Shown: positions 59,607 through 64,000 of the stretch, in pieces | How positions within the stretch are numbered: position 1 is the stretch's first letter | Layout of the letters: each line of letters starts with the position of its first letter | NCBI GenBank assembly: GCA_965153355.1 | Contig: OZ231126.1 | Location: 27,962,001-28,026,000 of the forward strand | From: Flaccisagitta enflata | Lineage: Eukaryota | DNA length: 64,000 bases | Reading direction: 5' to 3' | The notes under the pieces: generated by a model | Seen by the model: the letters and a program-made list of their open reading frames with translations, nothing else | What the model was told of the DNA's origin: nothing | Databases searched by the model: none | Program-made: the position numbers and the translations under genes

Positions 59607-60564
59607 CACTAAGGGCCACGGTGTGCGCTAGATGGCTCCTTGGGTATTTGGGTGAAAATTTTCATCTTTGCTTTATGGCTCAAACTAAGTAGAATGGTCA
59701 TGGTAGCATTTGAGCATATATTACCGGTCCATACGACAGGTTTTATGGCGATTTAGAGTAAAAAAGGCGACCTAAATGGACATTACTACGAAAAATGCTA
59801 AATTTCAAGAAAAGTCAATGAATTGTTTGGATTATCTGTTAAGATTACAATAAGCTTATGATATCTTCAATACCGGATTGGATTCCTTCATTAGTGTTTA
59901 TATGTCTTGAAAAAAATTAGAAAATCATTATTTTTTACATTTTTAGCACTAATAATTAGTCTACTATTACTACACATTTGACCTAATTTGCATGCTTTTA
60001 TTACCCTATAAATAAAAAAAATCGCACAAGGACGCACAATGAGCGACCTATGCCAAAATGTAGTTCAAGGGGTCCTGAATCCAGAATGCTATGGCTCAGG
60101 GCGTGCTTTTCCGTGCTAATTGCAATTCTCTTGGCCTAAAATGGACAAGTAATAATGTGGATAAAAGTAAAAATCTATATTTGATTGGAAGAAAAATGAG
60201 CAAAATGAGCTAAATGAGCAAAAAAATTATTTTTTTGGAGCACCTTATTAAGGAATCTTATTGAACAAAGACAAAAATTTAATTGATTTGGTCAAAACAT
60301 TAGACAATTTAAATACTAAATGTAAGAGAGTTTAGCAGTATTTTTCACTTGATTTTCTCAAATTTCTCTTCTTTTGTACTCTAAGCTCATAAAGCTTTTA
60401 ATCCAATAGATATGAGTCAATATTGGGTATAAATAGTTTCATAGCATCTGAAAATATGCAGAAAAATGTTTTTCACTCTGTATACTTCATAAGGAACAAT
60501 GTAATGGAAAAGATGCAATGTCAATCTCCAATGAGCCACCTAGCTCACAATTCAGCCCACAGTG
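59607..60564. mobile_element. Transib-like non-autonomous element (CAC ends, 5-bp TSD)
   Basis: caacg|CACTAAGGGCCACGGTGTGCGCTAGATGGCTCCTTGG ... CCAATGAGCCACCTAGCTCACAATTCAGCCCACAGTG|caacg. Confidence 0.75.
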
Positions 60565-61186
60565 CAACGGACGGACTAATTCAACGGACCGACGGACGGA
60601 CCGAAGGACAAAGCCTCTTATAGAGTTAGGTGTCCGGAACTAAAAATGGATAAAAACTTTGGCCAAAAGCCGGTCACGCTTGGCGAAAAAGCGCGACCTT
60701 CATCGGATATTCGCCTTTCTTGTCTTCCTCTCTCTAGCTCTCTTATCGCCATTATTCTAATCAGATTCAACTCAGGATTTCCCTTTGATTCCATCCCGGG
60801 ATGAAATTCCGTGACTCAAGACGAATTTTGTTATTGGTGATCAAAGTCGAAGCTAAGCTAAAATAAAATATTTCATATTTAGGACCGTTAAATCAACATG
60901 TTTGGTGAAAAAAAAAATTATAAAAAAAAAAAGATTTTTATGGTGAAAAATACGATTTTGGCAAAGTTGTTGCCATAATATACCATGCTTGGCTCGTTTG
61001 CATAGACAAGGAATAAAAAAGAACCTGTTTCTTTGACAAGTTGTTGCACATGGTCACAGTAACGTGTCTCGTATCTCTTTTGTTGTATCCTACGGTGTCA
61101 TTTCGGACTGACTTTTTTGTGTATCGTGTCAACGCGACCCCTCGAGTTTAGCGGGTCAGTGGACAAAACACTAAAGGTATATATAT

Positions 61187-61431
61187 CATACCACTGGCTT
61201 CGATCCAACATACTGCTCAAAAACAAAATATTGTATTCGACAATCAGTTGCTCCAGTTACAGCCGGCTGTAACAAACAAAATGTTGTATTCAACAACGGG
61301 TTGTTAGAATTACAGCCGGCTGTAATGCTACAATTTTGTAACATTACAGCCGGGTGTCATCTAAACCACTGGTTGTTGCGTACAACATTTTGTTTACTAT
61401 CAGCATGTTGGATCAAAACCAATGGTATGAT
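61187..61431. mobile_element. Palindromic MITE
   Basis: tcataccactggcttcgatccaacat ... atgttggatcaaaaccaatggtatga flanked by (TA)n. Confidence 0.65.
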
Positions 61432-62326
61432 ATATATATCTATTATGTTTTGCTCGCTGACTGTCTTGGTGAAACGGGGGGGGGGGGAATTTTGCGGAGC
61501 ACGTCCTCGTAACTGCAAAAAATAAAGATAAAAATAAAAAAATGTCCCAACCCATATGCGGCTGATGAAAAACTGTCCCAACCCATATGTGGCTGATGGA
61601 GGTGATCCGGCCTCGTCTTGATACCGATTCGTGCCCCTGTCCTTAAGACTTAACTTGAAGTAGATCCTACTCCTGCCCATTAATCTTGCGTATCCATGCT
61701 CCTGTCCATTGATTTTTTATATCCATGCTCCTGCGGCCCTGCCCATAAATCTTGTAGATGCGTGCTCCTTCCCATTAATAAAAAATCATGATTACCTAGA
61801 CGCAAATATGACCTGCCCCCAAATCTCGCTCCTTCCCAGTGATCTTGCAGCGTTTCGACAGAGGAGGAAGGAGGCTGATAATGTCTAAAGAGTCCTTTCA
61901 GTAGCAATGTAAACGAAAAAAAATTTTTTTCTCTAAACCCCTACTGACCGGTATGAGTCGATGCAGTATTGCAAGGGCTTTCATTTTATACCTCGTAACA
62001 CACATTTTTTGGTATTTTATGTCGTCGTGACTAAAAAGTTGTAAAATTGCCCTATTGGGTGTTTCTGTCTACTTTTTTCTCAATCACCATCACTCTCTTC
62101 TTGGGCTAATCAATGGACAAGATATGCCATGAAGACCTGAAATATTGTTTTTATTAGGGGAAAGGTAAAATACCCATTTTTATGAAAAAAAGGCATTAAA
62201 CAAGTGCTTTAACAGCAATCTTGAACAACTAATGGGAAAAGGCCCAACCATGAAAAACGCCAAATTCATATGACAAGCATGTAAAATTGGTTGATGACTA
62301 CACTGATGCTGATTGTCTTTCCTCTC

Positions 62327-62327
62327 G

Positions 62328-62417
<90 letters not shown>

Positions 62418-62542
62418 TCGTTGTCATTGTTTTTGTTGTCGTTGTTTTTGTCATTTTTGTTGTTTTTCTGTCGTTGTTTTTGTGGTTGTTGTTATTGCCG
62501 TTGTTGTTGTTGTTTACGTTATTACTGCTTTCATTGTTTTTC

Positions 62543-62604
<62 letters not shown>

Positions 62605-62820
62605 ATTGTTATTGTTGTTATTGTTATTGTTGTGGTTGTTGTCAGTGTTGCTATAATTGTTAAAATTTTTGTTTTTGCTGTTGTATTCATTGTTGTTAAT
62701 CTCGTTGCTGTTTTGATTGTTGTTTTACTTGTTCTTGTTATTGTTCTTATCAATGTTGTTTGCATTGTTGTCATTGTTATTTGCATTGTTGTTCTCGTTG
62801 TTGTTGTTGTTGTTGTTTTT
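62327..62820. repeat. (GTT)n microsatellite, degenerate
   Basis: Directly visible. Confidence 0.95.
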
Positions 62821-62985
62821 TTTTTTCTTGCAGTTGTGTTCGGTGCTTTGATTTCAGAGTCTTGTTACTTTTGCCATTGATTTGATCCTTCTTGACTGCG
62901 CACAAAACATTTAATACGCGAACACTAGAAATTGGTATCTCCGTTGTTATCCATTTTGAAACCCCAGCCAGGAGTGTTTTTTTCC

Positions 62986-63477
<492 letters not shown>

Positions 63478-64000
63478 GTAATATTGCGTCCGAGTCTTTC
63501 TCTTTCTCTTTTTCTTTCTCTCTCTCTCAGGGCAGGTTATAGACGATCCTGCTTTGAAAGGGCTGGTCGCTCGCTACGATTGTTCGCTCACTCCGCTCAC
63601 TCGCTCTGCTTTGCTCACTCCGCTCAAAATGGCGCCAAGCGCAATCTTTCATCTTTTTTTGTTCAGAAATGACATTCCTACAAAATTGGGTGTGAAGTTG
63701 AAGTAATTTCTTAAGTTTATTCAAACTTTATCTAACTTTGCAAGCTTGTTACTTAGTTGTTTTTCAACCGATTTAGACGAAATTCATGATGAAAAGAAAG
63801 ATTCTTTTGTGTTCTTCAAAATGGCGCAAAGCGCGATCTTCTATTTTTTTTAATCGCATGCACGCGACTCTACAACCCGCTTTGTCAGTCGGTCGGTTGG
63901 TTACACTTTACTTTTTTGCAATTTTATTTCTTTGTCCTTACTGCTCCTGCCCAAATGGTCTGGTGACCTCAAACATGGCCCCTGCCCACCCACCTCTCTT

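Overview
Repeat-rich eukaryotic, almost certainly invertebrate animal, genomic DNA; the host species cannot be identified from sequence alone. Three spliced protein-coding genes can be built by hand with GT-AG introns and matching phases. (1) An rdgB/PITPNM (Nir2-like) lipid-transfer gene on + (4199-26395; 21 exons; 1287 aa in the window; first coding exon not found, probably upstream). (2) A complete 12-exon, 850-aa BCCT (BetP/BetT-type betaine/choline/carnitine) transporter on - (42216-29621). This family is mainly prokaryotic; this copy has a large Cys-rich loop insertion, a PLAC8-like C-terminal extension and altered coupling-site residues. (3) An orphan two-exon single-pass membrane protein on + (48314-49809). 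A 5'-truncated Penelope-like retroelement (50885-52520) has a KADD RT motif, a GIY-YIG endonuclease, a 3' minimal hammerhead ribozyme and a 17-bp TSD, and sits inside nested MITEs. Introns and intergenic DNA hold many MITEs (TA, 5-bp and 8-bp TSDs), Helentron-associated (DINE/HINE-like) elements, minisatellites and microsatellites. Most long ORFs in the supplied track are repeat artefacts.
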